DNA from: a virus
Lineage: Duplodnaviria; Caudoviricetes
Direction: 5' to 3' (one strand)
Virus record (IMG/VR): IMGVR_UViG_3300029258_003380
Coordinates: 33,967 to 97,966 of that record
DNA: 64,000 nt
Shown here: one piece after another, positions 9,114-18,568 of the stretch
How positions within the stretch are numbered: the stretch's first letter is position 1
How the letters are laid out: each line of letters starts with the position of its first letter
Made by a program: the position numbers and the translations under genes
The notes under the pieces: generated by a model
Database searches by the model: none
Told to the model about the DNA's origin: nothing
What the model saw: only the letters and a program-made list of their open reading frames with translations

Positions 9114-11029
9114 TGGCCCCCCGGGTAAGGAAGAGCGGCAAAGCCGGGGCTACAAGAAAAAGTAACGACCCAGCGTTCCACGTGGACGTTCGCGAGATAC
9201 TGGCCAAGGCATCTGTGATGACCGGTCGTGAGGTTAACGAGTCCTCTGCCATTGCTGCTCTTGACACACGGCGTGACATGTACGGCGATTCAGGCGCCGT
9301 TGAGCCGCCATATGATCCGGAGTCACTGCTGAACTACATCGAATTGACACCACACCTCGCGCCCAATATCGCCAGCTACCAGACGAACATCGAGGGGTAT
9401 GGCTACCAAGCTGTAGTGAAAGTGCCTTGGATGGAAGATCTGGACAGCGAAGAAGCGACGGAGGCTATCCGTAACGCACTCCAGATCGAGAGGTATGTGG
9501 ACCAGGAGGAGGCGATTTTAGCAGCGGCTGAAAAGGCAGAAGACGATGCGCCAGTGGATGTGGACGACGGCGGCGAAGTGACCGACGAAGAAGTGGATGA
9601 GGTGCGCAAGAAGTTGGCAATTGGCCTACGCAGGGAAGAGTACTTCTTCAATGCATTCTTCGATACCTGTTGCAGCACGATGTCGTTCATCAAGCTTCGC
9701 CGAATCACTAGATTTGACATCGAGGGCAATGGGTGGGGCGCGTGGGAAATGCTCGAGGATGGTTATGGTAGACTCAAGCGGCTCAACTACATCCCAGGAT
9801 ACACAGTGCGCCCAATGCGTGACGAGGGAGAACTAGTCGAGACAACGGAAGACGACCCGATTACACCATTGTCAGAGGGACGTGAGATCCCTGTGCATCG
9901 CCGGTTCCGTCGGTATGTCCAGATAGTTGGAGATCGGAAGTCTTATTACAAATCCCCCAATGATCCCAGAGTGATAAGTGCCACTACGGGCAAGATCTAC
10001 AAGTCAGTGGAGGAAATGCGCAAGCCCAAAGACGATGGCGGCGAAGGAAAGAATGCCAGAGAAGCCAACGAGTTGATCTACATACCGCTCCATGACCCGC
10101 GTACGCCGTGCCCTCCACCTCGCTGGATAGGCAACCTGCTGGCAGTACTTGGTGTACGAGAGGCAGACGAGACCAACTACTTCTATCTGGACAGTAGTGC
10201 GATACCACCAGGCATCTTGTTTGTTGGAGGCGGCAAGGTACCACGGGATATGAAGGACCGACTCGAGCAGCGGATGACACAGGAGTTTGGTGGTAGCGAG
10301 AACCGTCACAAGATCTTAGTTGTGGAGGCGCATCCGATGAAGCAAAAGGGTGAGGAGCGGACCCTGATGCCGACAATGGAGTTTGAGTCACTTCGTGGAG
10401 CACAGCAGTCTGACGCCACATTCACGAACTACGACGAACGCAGTGCCGACAGGATAGGTGCTTCGTTTCGGTTGCCTCCGATGCTGCGTGGTTACACACC
10501 AAAGAATCTGAATCGTGCAACTGCCATCGCGGCACTTTCGTTTGCTGAGGAACAGGTTTTCGAGCCAGAGCGCGAGGACATCGACTGGATCATCAACAAG
10601 TACATATTGCCACGGATCGGTGTGACTCTTCATACCTTCAGGTCAAACTCTCCACCGACCCGTAGTCCGGAGGAAATTGCCGAGCTGATCAAGGTTGCAG
10701 CGCCTAATGGTGGATTGCTTCCATATGAGATTCGTTCGTTATTGGGCGATGCCCTGAACCGTGGCCTAGCGAAAGTCGAAGAGGAGTGGGCTCGGTGGCC
10801 AATGCCGATGACACTTGCAGGGATTGGCGATGGCGGACAGGTCACACCAGAAGAGGGTGATGAAGAAGCCGTTCTTTCAATGGGCCAAGTGACAAACCAG
10901 CTAGATCAGCTCACAAAGCGTGTCGAAGCGATCTTGACCGATGAGTTGCGCCAGGCCGGGTTTGATTTGGATCTTGAGGTTTCAGCGCGTAATATAGACG
11001 AGCTGCCCGTGGAAGGCGACGATGAATAG
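9113..11029 (+). CDS. Portal protein (PBSX-like)
   Basis: VEPPYDP, DIEGNGWGAWE, IGASFRLPPMLRG, FAEEQVFEPERE motifs; position after terminase. Confidence 0.9.
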   Translation: MAPRVRKSGKAGATRKSNDPAFHVDVREILAKASVMTGREVNESSAIAALDTRRDMYGDSGAVEPPYDPESLLNYIELTPHLAPNIASYQTNIEGYGYQAVVKVPWMEDLDSEEATEAIRNALQIERYVDQEEAILAAAEKAEDDAPVDVDDGGEVTDEEVDEVRKKLAIGLRREEYFFNAFFDTCCSTMSFIKLRRITRFDIEGNGWGAWEMLEDGYGRLKRLNYIPGYTVRPMRDEGELVETTEDDPITPLSEGREIPVHRRFRRYVQIVGDRKSYYKSPNDPRVISATTGKIYKSVEEMRKPKDDGGEGKNAREANELIYIPLHDPRTPCPPPRWIGNLLAVLGVREADETNYFYLDSSAIPPGILFVGGGKVPRDMKDRLEQRMTQEFGGSENRHKILVVEAHPMKQKGEERTLMPTMEFESLRGAQQSDATFTNYDERSADRIGASFRLPPMLRGYTPKNLNRATAIAALSFAEEQVFEPEREDIDWIINKYILPRIGVTLHTFRSNSPPTRSPEEIAELIKVAAPNGGLLPYEIRSLLGDALNRGLAKVEEEWARWPMPMTLAGIGDGGQVTPEEGDEEAVLSMGQVTNQLDQLTKRVEAILTDELRQAGFDLDLEVSARNIDELPVEGDDE

Positions 11030-11261
11030 CCTGTTTTCAAAACCTCGAGGAGTGTCTGTTGGAGACGTATTTATCAACAAGGAATTGGAGGCGAAGGGTG
11101 AGCCTCATCCGATGCGCGTAGTTCGTGTGAAACGGGTAGACGATACAGGAATGATCCTGCTTGTATCGAATATTTACGGGATTGGTGGCATGGAGCATAC
11201 AGTAACCAACGAAACACTACGTAAAGAATATCGAAGTGAAAAAGAAGGAAATGACAAGTGA
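11022..11261 (+). CDS. Small hypothetical protein
   Basis: Overlaps neighbours at both ends. Confidence 0.6.
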   Translation: MNSLFSKPRGVSVGDVFINKELEAKGEPHPMRVVRVKRVDDTGMILLVSNIYGIGGMEHTVTNETLRKEYRSEKEGNDK

Positions 11262-12376
11262 TTTCGAAACTCACAAGTGACAACATCCAGGGAATGCTTA
11301 ACGCACTTGATCATCCCGTGGCAGCGAAGATCAATGAGATCATCGACATGGTGAACGCAGGTGGCATTCTTCAGGACCTCCAGAGCGTTCTCGACACCGG
11401 AAGCGTGGCTGCTATCACCACGCCGTTCGACATCGGCTTCGGGATGCTCGACGTCTTCGACCTCGTTGCAGGTCACGGCACGGTCCACGGAGCCTTTGAC
11501 ATATCCAGTACTAACACCTATGGACCGGCGTACCCACCAAGGGACCCAACTGCTGCCCTTGGACCGTCGTCGTTCGCGGCTGGATTTCTTAACGAGGTCA
11601 CTGGGTACGCCGCAGCTGCCTTTGCGGGAACCAGCAAAGCCACAGGCTCATATGCCTTCGCTCAGGGCGAGAACTGTGAGGCATCTGGGTATGCTAGCCG
11701 CGCTGTCGGAGATCAGTGCAAGGCGGCTCACTCTTACACCGAGGCCAGGGGCTTCAACTGCGAGGCATCGTACTATTCGGCGCTGGCGATGGGGGGGTTC
11801 TGTCGAGCTACTGCGGCGTCGGCAACAGCGATAGGAAATGGCTACTGGAATGGTGGTTCTATCTACAGGTGGCTCCAGGCTCACGGTCAAGGCGCGTTCA
11901 ATTTGTCATCGGTCAATGGGTCATACGGTGCTGCACAGACCGGAGCCTCTGGTGCAAGGTCTTTCATCTTGGGGGGAGTCAACCACGAGACCGAGGCCGG
12001 ATCTGCCGATGCGATGATTCTTGGCGGAGGGAACGTCAAGATGGAGACCAGCGCCTTACGGTCTGTCGCCATCGGCCTTATGAATGCCGTCATAGCTGAC
12101 CCAGACAAGGTATACCTCCGGAACTTGAACCTATGGGATGCGGTGCCACGGGATGACTCCCTCACTGAGTTGTTGGCCTACAAGCCTGCCGACAAGTCAG
12201 TTCAGTACGTGGACAAGACTTCTGTCTCAATGCACCTGGGCTACGGAGCAACAGGAGCGAGGCCGGCAGGCCTAGTCGGGACTGATACTGGCAAGCAATA
12301 TTTCGACACCACCGTTGGAGCGCCGATTTGGTGGAACGGATCCGGGTGGGTTGACGCTAGCGGCTCGCCCATCTAG
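11258..12376 (+). CDS. Fibre-like protein with YadA-head-type 14-aa beta-roll repeats
   Basis: Repeats ATGSYAFAQGENCE/ASGYASRAVGDQCK/AAHSYTEARGFNCE; C-terminal YFDTTVGAPIWWNGSGWVD. Confidence 0.8.
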   Translation: MISKLTSDNIQGMLNALDHPVAAKINEIIDMVNAGGILQDLQSVLDTGSVAAITTPFDIGFGMLDVFDLVAGHGTVHGAFDISSTNTYGPAYPPRDPTAALGPSSFAAGFLNEVTGYAAAAFAGTSKATGSYAFAQGENCEASGYASRAVGDQCKAAHSYTEARGFNCEASYYSALAMGGFCRATAASATAIGNGYWNGGSIYRWLQAHGQGAFNLSSVNGSYGAAQTGASGARSFILGGVNHETEAGSADAMILGGGNVKMETSALRSVAIGLMNAVIADPDKVYLRNLNLWDAVPRDDSLTELLAYKPADKSVQYVDKTSVSMHLGYGATGARPAGLVGTDTGKQYFDTTVGAPIWWNGSGWVDASGSPI

Positions 12377-12387
12377 AGGAGGAAGAC

Positions 12388-12459
12388 ATGAACAAGATAG
12401 ACGACAAACCGAAACCGGGGCAGCCCGACCCTAAGAAGTGGCCACCCGAGTGCGACTAG
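12388..12459 (+). CDS. Putative 23-aa micropeptide
   Basis: Strong GAGGAGG RBS; MNKIDDKPKPGQPDPKKWPPECD. Confidence 0.45.
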   Translation: MNKIDDKPKPGQPDPKKWPPECD

Positions 12460-12484
12460 TAGTGTGATGACAAGTAACTATAAT

Positions 12485-12604
12485 GTGTCGTTGGCGGAAT
12501 GTTATACGCAGCCCTCAGGTAAGGGGCTCGTTGAAAATGGTGGAACATCTGTTGTTGAACAGTATTAAACCTCAACGATGCAGGTGCGAATCCTGCACGG
12601 CACA
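12485..12604 (+). tRNA. Non-canonical tRNA-like RNA with 52-nt variable region; identity uncertain (GGT in the 7-nt loop, Leu-like body)
   Basis: Acceptor GTGTCGT/ACGGCAC, D arm GCGG-AATGTTAT-ACGC, anticodon arm GCCCT-CAGGTAA-GGGGC, T arm GCAGG-TGCGAAT-CCTGC, discriminator A, then CTA. Confidence 0.75.
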
Positions 12605-12673
12605 CTACGCAGACATTATAACCATCCACGAAAGGAGGACAGCATGTTGAAATAGAAAAAGGAGAAGTGCAGA

Positions 12674-12901
12674 ATGTCGCACCACAAAAGACGTAAACCT
12701 AGGAATCAACGCGCCGGATGTAAGCAGTGCAAGCCATGGAAAATAAACGGGGTTGGTAAAGACAAACCAATTTCGGAAGCATGGTCTGATTACAAGCGCA
12801 GACAATTTAAAATGCGAGACATGAAAGAAGACATCGCAGGACAAGATTCAATCATCGTAGCCAATTGCCGGGAGGAGAAGCAAAATGGGAACCTTCCCTG
12901 A
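12674..12901 (+). CDS. Small basic hypothetical protein
   Basis: AAGGAG RBS; RAGCKQCKPWK. Confidence 0.7.
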   Translation: MSHHKRRKPRNQRAGCKQCKPWKINGVGKDKPISEAWSDYKRRQFKMRDMKEDIAGQDSIIVANCREEKQNGNLP

Positions 12902-13379
12902 TCGACTGGATCCAATTACTGTTCCGCTGCCGATTATGATACCGGGCAGTGAAGGTGCGCCAGACATAACAGAACTGACATTCACCGTCACAAAGGTGCT
13001 CGAGCGTGAATACGGGGACGGCGTTTACATCATGGCCTCGGCCCGATATGAAATGGTGACAGATCTAGAGACGCAAGAATTTGGTTTTGTAACAAATCGG
13101 AACACGGGCAAGATCCAGGAGGCTTCGGAGGCCATCTTCTTTTCTGCCGCTAAGTATGCAGCGTTTGTGCTGGCATATACAAAGCAGACACCACCATTAC
13201 CGTTGCCAGACAACCCAGGACTGTTCTCGCCATGGTCCAGCGCAGTCATTGACACAGTGGATGGGACATCACCATTCCGTGGTTTCTGTGCCGGCATCCA
13301 CTCATTGGCGTCGGATGCAGTAGAAACTGCGGAGATCTTATTCCGTTCAATGTGGCACGAAGAACCGCATGGAGATTAA
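12885..13379 (+). CDS. Hypothetical protein
   Basis: GGAGGAG RBS; 164 aa. Confidence 0.7.
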   Translation: MGTFPDRLDPITVPLPIMIPGSEGAPDITELTFTVTKVLEREYGDGVYIMASARYEMVTDLETQEFGFVTNRNTGKIQEASEAIFFSAAKYAAFVLAYTKQTPPLPLPDNPGLFSPWSSAVIDTVDGTSPFRGFCAGIHSLASDAVETAEILFRSMWHEEPHGD

Positions 13380-13762
13380 TGATGGCGCAAAAAGAATGGT
13401 ACAATGGTCCGTACAAAGTTGTAGATGGAATAGACACATTGGGGCGCCGTCCGAGCCCCGGACTAGGTGATATTATCGCACATCGCAGTGGTGCCTTGGT
13501 ATTGCGGTGTCCCAAATGCCATGCGATGCAGTTCACCCGGGCCGTTGTCTACAATAGCAAGGAGAACCCAACACTGGACCGTCCGATACATTGCGGCAGC
13601 GGTCATTGCAAGAAGTGCGGGATATGGTTCAGTATTACCGGCGGAACATCAGAGCAGGTAGATGAACCTGTGAAAGCAACGAGGCCAATTCCACGCAAGC
13701 TCGCCAAGGCCGGCGTGCATCCATCTCCAAAGATCAAGATCAAACAACCACAGGATTCATAA
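13379..13762 (+). CDS. Zn-binding hypothetical protein
   Basis: TAATG coupling at both ends; CPKCH...HCGSGHCKKCG. Confidence 0.7.
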   Translation: MMAQKEWYNGPYKVVDGIDTLGRRPSPGLGDIIAHRSGALVLRCPKCHAMQFTRAVVYNSKENPTLDRPIHCGSGHCKKCGIWFSITGGTSEQVDEPVKATRPIPRKLAKAGVHPSPKIKIKQPQDS

Positions 13763-16700
13763 TGCTTGGCGTGTATTCCAATCCAGCACGTGGCTTCATG
13801 ACTTTATATCCGGTAGCTGATCTTGGTGATGACGCTGTCGTTGCGTTGTGGAAAGTTGGTGTGCGCGCCAAGAGTCAGATTTGCAAAGCAGAAGGTTTTG
13901 CTCTTCTGGTCATGTCCTGCGATAGGGTGCTTCCCATACGAATCAACTCCAAGACAGTCCAGCAGGCACGCCAGGAAGCGATCAAGTGTGTTCGCTCAGG
14001 GGAGGTCACCCTGCTCAAGTCCAGATACAGGGGACGGCACACGGTGTTTGAGAGGGTAGAGACGATCAGCGTGATGAGACCGGGAGTTGCTGAGTTGGAC
14101 AAAGCCGCCAGTCTCGTTGCTCCGAGCGGTGTATTGCTGGAGAAGGCGCTATCTCCGCAGGATCCAACCGATGCTCGTATGATCGCTAAACGTCTCGGAA
14201 GTCAGTTGCGGTTTGCAGAACAAAAGGTATTGGGAAACAAACTGGAGAAGTACGTTAAGCGCCTGAATGTAGACTGGCCAAACCTATCTCACAAGGAAAC
14301 ATCGAGACATCTGGCGAGTATTCGTGGAGAACTCCGAAAGATGCTTGGTACGGCGGCCGTTGAGGTAATGCCCACATGGAGTGGCAAGATAGAAACCAGA
14401 TTGAAAGGTGTCTTTGCGAATGCACGAAAGGTGGTCCAGAGCAACTTCCTTCCTAGTGTGGGTGTGTCACTACGCCAGCCAGATGTTGTGGCAATCGGAG
14501 CAATTGCAGATCAGAGCGGTTGGTGGATGCGCGATGCCGCAGGCGTCCGGTCGGACAGACTAACTGCACGTGCACGCAAAGTGGTGGCACAGGGGCTGCG
14601 CGATGGACTAGGCCGTCATGACATTGGGGAGATGCTGCAGAAGACCTTGCCCAAAGCGTGGCAGGCCATGGGGTCCAACTACTTCACTGTTGTTGCAGCA
14701 GCTGCGGTAAACAGAGCACGCTCATATTCGGAAGTCAGTGGTTACATCGAAGTTGGTATCGAGGCGCTGGAGGTGCAGGCAGTACTCGATGAGCGCACGA
14801 CGGAAATATGCCGATGTCTGGACGGACAGGTCATCGATACGCATGTGGTCAGTCAGCAAATTGTAGGCGCCATGAACGTGGCACGTCCGGAGGACATCCG
14901 TGATGCCTCTCCATTCCTGAAGGAGATTACCAACCAAAAGACTGGTGTGCGCAGCATTGTCACCGCGAATAACGGGACCAAAATTGCGGATGTAGTTCGC
15001 AGCGGTGTTGGGCGCGTCGATGATCGTGGAATATTCAAATACTTCAAGGCCGGCAACCAGCTCGCCGATGCCAACATAGGACCGCCTCCTTATCACCACA
15101 TTTGCAGATCATGGACGATACCTGTCACTACGACAGTGTCCGTTCCGAGAAATAAAATGGCTCGGGCAGGCGGCGGCGCACCTACTGCACCTAAGATAGT
15201 TCCAAAGGGTGGGAAGCCACGTCCAGGGGTTGGACCACGGCCGCAGATTATGCATCCCAAGCCGACTACCAGGGAGCAACCGCTTGTCGGTGATCCAGAC
15301 CTGATCGAACGCTATCCGTTTACACAGGATTTTGTTACGCCAGGCAATCTTCCAGCTCGTTGGTACAAGGATGCTGCTACGGGAGAACTCAAGCATGCAG
15401 CGGTATACCAGCGGTATCAGTACGACCCACAGAGCCGCGTCATTCGCGGGCTCGGTAGACCGTCGCAGGTAGCCAAACCCAAAGATCCGCTTAAGGACGT
15501 GTTGTCCGATCTGTCCAGGAAACTGAAACTATCTGCAGATACAAACGGCGTAGTAATGAATGTCGAGAAGCTGGGCACTAGAACTACGAAGGACTTTGTG
15601 CTCGCCGAAACTAAACAGCCAGCTGCCCATCGGGTCTACACGGTACGGAGCACTACAACGGGTGAGCTAGAATATTTGAAATTCAACAGTGACCTGCGTC
15701 GCAAATCCAGAAATGCTCTGTCAGATCTACGCCATGCAGAATCGGCAGCTAAGATGGAACAGGCGTTGGCACGCATGGAGAAACAGGGATACCTGATCCG
15801 TACCAAGGACGCATCCACGGTTACTTTTGGGAAACCAGCACCGAAGATGGCTCCCAAGGCCAGCCCTGGTCCAAAGCGTCCCCCCGCTACTCCACCTAAA
15901 AAGACGCCAAAGAAAAAGCCAACAGACCCAACGATTGCACCGAAGCCAAAACCGAAGATTGTGGCACCCAATAAGAAGCCTCCAAAAAAGAAACCGCCAC
16001 AACCCCCAGAGCCACAACAGCCCGCATCAGGTAAGGTAGATGACTATAGTGAATATGGATTGATAGAAAACAAACCTGTCACGGAGCAGTTGCAAAAACG
16101 AATAGAGATGGAAGGGGCTCGTCTATCCGATTATTTGTCCAATGAAACGGCAAAGATGCAGTCAAGGTTTGGACGGAATCTTTTTGACCATGAACGGGCA
16201 GATAGAATCAGAGATTTTGTTGCGGCAGAGACAGGCAGTGTCAGTAAGTTTACAAGAAAAGTCATCACCGACAACACGGAGGCTCCTAATTCTTTTACAA
16301 AGGCAGTTTTGAAAAGGACCACCCAGCGCAAGGTGCGCCGTGGCTCGATGGGAGCGAACGTATTACCGTCGAAGGTAGGATTGAGGAAAGTCTCAATATC
16401 AGATACGGCCAAGTTGTATAACGATGCCTTTGAACATCTCAGTCAGCGTGTTATGGATGCAGCCTTGGACAAGGGACTTCCTCGAGTGTTTTACGCAACC
16501 AAAGTCCGAGGTGGCGCATATCACTCCCATAATTTTAACGCGATTGTTTTGCCAGGAGAAGCCAGTGCGGCGGAGATTAAACGAATATTCCGTCATGAGT
16601 TCGGTCATTATGTAGATACTTTGGGAAAAGGAAAGGAAGCGGCCATTGAATTTCGAGAGATATACGCCACTCATGGTGGGCGGGTATTTACCAAGACGTA

Positions 16701-16911
16701 TCCCAGTGGTTTCAGTTACAAATACAAACGAGGAAAGTGGGAAGACGAGTATTGCGGCAGAGTGTATGAGCATGCCGCTGCGGAAACAAATTCAGTGATG
16801 TCAGAGTCGTTCGCAGAGAGCACAAAACTCAAGCTAAATAAGATGTACGAAGCCAATCCAGACCATGTTGGCTACTACATGGCACAGGCAAAGGGGAGTT
16901 TCATACCATGA
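13762..16911 (+). CDS. MuF (SPP1 gp7-like) minor head protein with long C-terminal extension ending in an HExxH domain
   Basis: AVLDERTTEICRCLDG and PPPYHHICRS MuF motifs; Pro/Lys linker; HEFGH at 16594-16608. Confidence 0.88.
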   Translation: MLGVYSNPARGFMTLYPVADLGDDAVVALWKVGVRAKSQICKAEGFALLVMSCDRVLPIRINSKTVQQARQEAIKCVRSGEVTLLKSRYRGRHTVFERVETISVMRPGVAELDKAASLVAPSGVLLEKALSPQDPTDARMIAKRLGSQLRFAEQKVLGNKLEKYVKRLNVDWPNLSHKETSRHLASIRGELRKMLGTAAVEVMPTWSGKIETRLKGVFANARKVVQSNFLPSVGVSLRQPDVVAIGAIADQSGWWMRDAAGVRSDRLTARARKVVAQGLRDGLGRHDIGEMLQKTLPKAWQAMGSNYFTVVAAAAVNRARSYSEVSGYIEVGIEALEVQAVLDERTTEICRCLDGQVIDTHVVSQQIVGAMNVARPEDIRDASPFLKEITNQKTGVRSIVTANNGTKIADVVRSGVGRVDDRGIFKYFKAGNQLADANIGPPPYHHICRSWTIPVTTTVSVPRNKMARAGGGAPTAPKIVPKGGKPRPGVGPRPQIMHPKPTTREQPLVGDPDLIERYPFTQDFVTPGNLPARWYKDAATGELKHAAVYQRYQYDPQSRVIRGLGRPSQVAKPKDPLKDVLSDLSRKLKLSADTNGVVMNVEKLGTRTTKDFVLAETKQPAAHRVYTVRSTTTGELEYLKFNSDLRRKSRNALSDLRHAESAAKMEQALARMEKQGYLIRTKDASTVTFGKPAPKMAPKASPGPKRPPATPPKKTPKKKPTDPTIAPKPKPKIVAPNKKPPKKKPPQPPEPQQPASGKVDDYSEYGLIENKPVTEQLQKRIEMEGARLSDYLSNETAKMQSRFGRNLFDHERADRIRDFVAAETGSVSKFTRKVITDNTEAPNSFTKAVLKRTTQRKVRRGSMGANVLPSKVGLRKVSISDTAKLYNDAFEHLSQRVMDAALDKGLPRVFYATKVRGGAYHSHNFNAIVLPGEASAAEIKRIFRHEFGHYVDTLGKGKEAAIEFREIYATHGGRVFTKTYPSGFSYKYKRGKWEDEYCGRVYEHAAAETNSVMSESFAESTKLKLNKMYEANPDHVGYYMAQAKGSFIP

Positions 16912-17210
16912 AGGGGCAGATACCGATAATTGACAAAAAAGGGGATGTGGTGGCAAGACTCAGTTGGAAGGGCGATGAAAGAAAAGGCACCGGTACATGG
17001 TGGTATGCTACAAAGGATGTAGAAAAGTCGATTATCAATTTGATAGAATTCAATGCAGATCTCAAGAAGGTTGGTTATGCTGACATGACCCACGATGCAG
17101 GAACTGTGAGGGGTTGGACGGGGTTCGCAGGCAACTACCAGGCGCTCTGTTCGTCGTTGCCGAGCATAGGATTAGATGTTGACGACGAGAATATTACGTG
17201 GCCAATGTAA
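16908..17210 (+). CDS. Small hypothetical protein, candidate immunity partner of the MuF extension
   Basis: ATGA overlap with MuF stop; 100 aa. Confidence 0.65.
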   Translation: MKGQIPIIDKKGDVVARLSWKGDERKGTGTWWYATKDVEKSIINLIEFNADLKKVGYADMTHDAGTVRGWTGFAGNYQALCSSLPSIGLDVDDENITWPM

Positions 17211-17218
17211 GGTCACGG

Positions 17219-17248
17219 TTGACGCAGTCCGTCAGGAAGGGTTAGGCT
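17219..17248 (+). promoter_or_regulatory. Putative sigma70-type promoter overlapped by a short inverted repeat
   Basis: TTGACG-N18-TAGGCT; TGACG-N5-CGTCA. Confidence 0.4.
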
Positions 17249-17255
17249 GTAAGGA

Positions 17256-17624
17256 ATGGAAGTGCTGATACAAAAACCTTTGGGGTCGTCTACAGGTGGA
17301 CCATTTGCACAATTATTGCTAGAACCACACCAGGCTGTACGTGCAGCCCGGATGTTCGAGCGCGTGTTGCGCGAATCCTTTGAATACGACGAGAAAACCA
17401 TGGGAAAGCCCTTCCGGGAACGGGTTCAAAACGGAACAGAGATGAAGAGACGTGCGCAAAAGATGGCACGATGGTTTAGGGTGTTCCGTGCCGACCTGGG
17501 GTATTCTATTTCCAGGATCGAAGCTGAGTTGGCGCAAGCGTTGCGCTGCGAACTAGACGGAGGAATCTACACGCCGGCTCCAAGTCGGGGTTCTTATGGC
17601 GTGCCGGAAGGAGACACACAATGA
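17256..17624 (+). CDS. Hypothetical protein
   Basis: 122 aa; ATGA overlap with next gene. Confidence 0.7.
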   Translation: MEVLIQKPLGSSTGGPFAQLLLEPHQAVRAARMFERVLRESFEYDEKTMGKPFRERVQNGTEMKRRAQKMARWFRVFRADLGYSISRIEAELAQALRCELDGGIYTPAPSRGSYGVPEGDTQ

Positions 17625-18541
17625 AAAAGAAATTTATGGAGCTTGTAAAACGTCAAACAGTACTCGCTGCGAAAGCTGCCAGCGGTACCGCGTCCAAAGT
17701 GGAGGTTGCAGAACTTGCCAAGATCACAACGGCGATCAAGGCTGCCACTGACGATGACAACGACACACAGGCCACCACACTCACAACCATGACACTCACC
17801 GAGTTCCGTACCTGGCACGACAAGGCGGTCAAGGCCATCGAAGACGGTGACGCGGAACTGCTGCCGCTGGTCAAGAAGAACTTGGCCTCCATCAAAACAC
17901 AGGCGAAGACCGACGGTGAGGATATCGTAGCGGTCGAGATGCCGGTGGAGAAGTCCGAGACCGACCGTATCGCAGAACTCGAGGCCAGGATCAAGGCGCT
18001 TGAGTCGGAGGATGAAGATGGCGATACCGGCGGTGAAGGAGATGATCCTGAAGGAGCAGCTGCCGCATCCAAGGAAGCGAAACCCACAGCGCAGGCTCTG
18101 GCCTTGGAAGCGATAGACACATTGCTCGCCAAGTATGAAGAGGTTAAGACTGCAATCGAAGCCGGTGGTGTTACCAAGGAGCAATTGGACGCGATGTGGG
18201 ACGACTGGCTCCTCAAGGATGCGATTCGCACGAGTGCCGCCATTATGGCCAAATGCGAGGAACTTAAGACTTGCGTTACCGATGTGATGCCAGTCCTTGA
18301 GAAGTTGGATGACGGAGAAGATGGCGGGGACGGCGATGGTGATGGCGGCGACGGAGACGGTGGTGACGGTGAAGAAGATGACGCCGGTGGTGAGGGTGAC
18401 GGCGGAGACGGTGGGGAAAATGACGTCAACAAATCAGGTCCTTCCAGTGCATGGCTTGGCGGCCGGGATTTGGCGGCGAAGAACCAGACACCAGAGGAAC
18501 AAGTTGCGGCGATAAAAGCGGCTAAGGAAAAAGGTCGGTAA
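17621..18541 (+). CDS. Acidic helical scaffold-like protein
   Basis: AAGGAG RBS; coiled coils and D/G low-complexity tract; head-module position. Confidence 0.7.
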   Translation: MKKKFMELVKRQTVLAAKAASGTASKVEVAELAKITTAIKAATDDDNDTQATTLTTMTLTEFRTWHDKAVKAIEDGDAELLPLVKKNLASIKTQAKTDGEDIVAVEMPVEKSETDRIAELEARIKALESEDEDGDTGGEGDDPEGAAAASKEAKPTAQALALEAIDTLLAKYEEVKTAIEAGGVTKEQLDAMWDDWLLKDAIRTSAAIMAKCEELKTCVTDVMPVLEKLDDGEDGGDGDGDGGDGDGGDGEEDDAGGEGDGGDGGENDVNKSGPSSAWLGGRDLAAKNQTPEEQVAAIKAAKEKGR

Positions 18542-18568
18542 TAGGTCTCAACGTTCCGGAGGTACACC

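Noticed and set aside
12479-12484. TATAAT as the promoter of the tRNA-like element
   Set aside because: It abuts the first base of the acceptor stem, so a transcript from it would start inside the RNA
12485-12673. tmRNA or tRNA-associated HDV-like (theta) ribozyme
   Set aside because: Element has an anticodon-like arm and is too short for tmRNA; the downstream sequence shows only a weak hairpin, no nested pseudoknot
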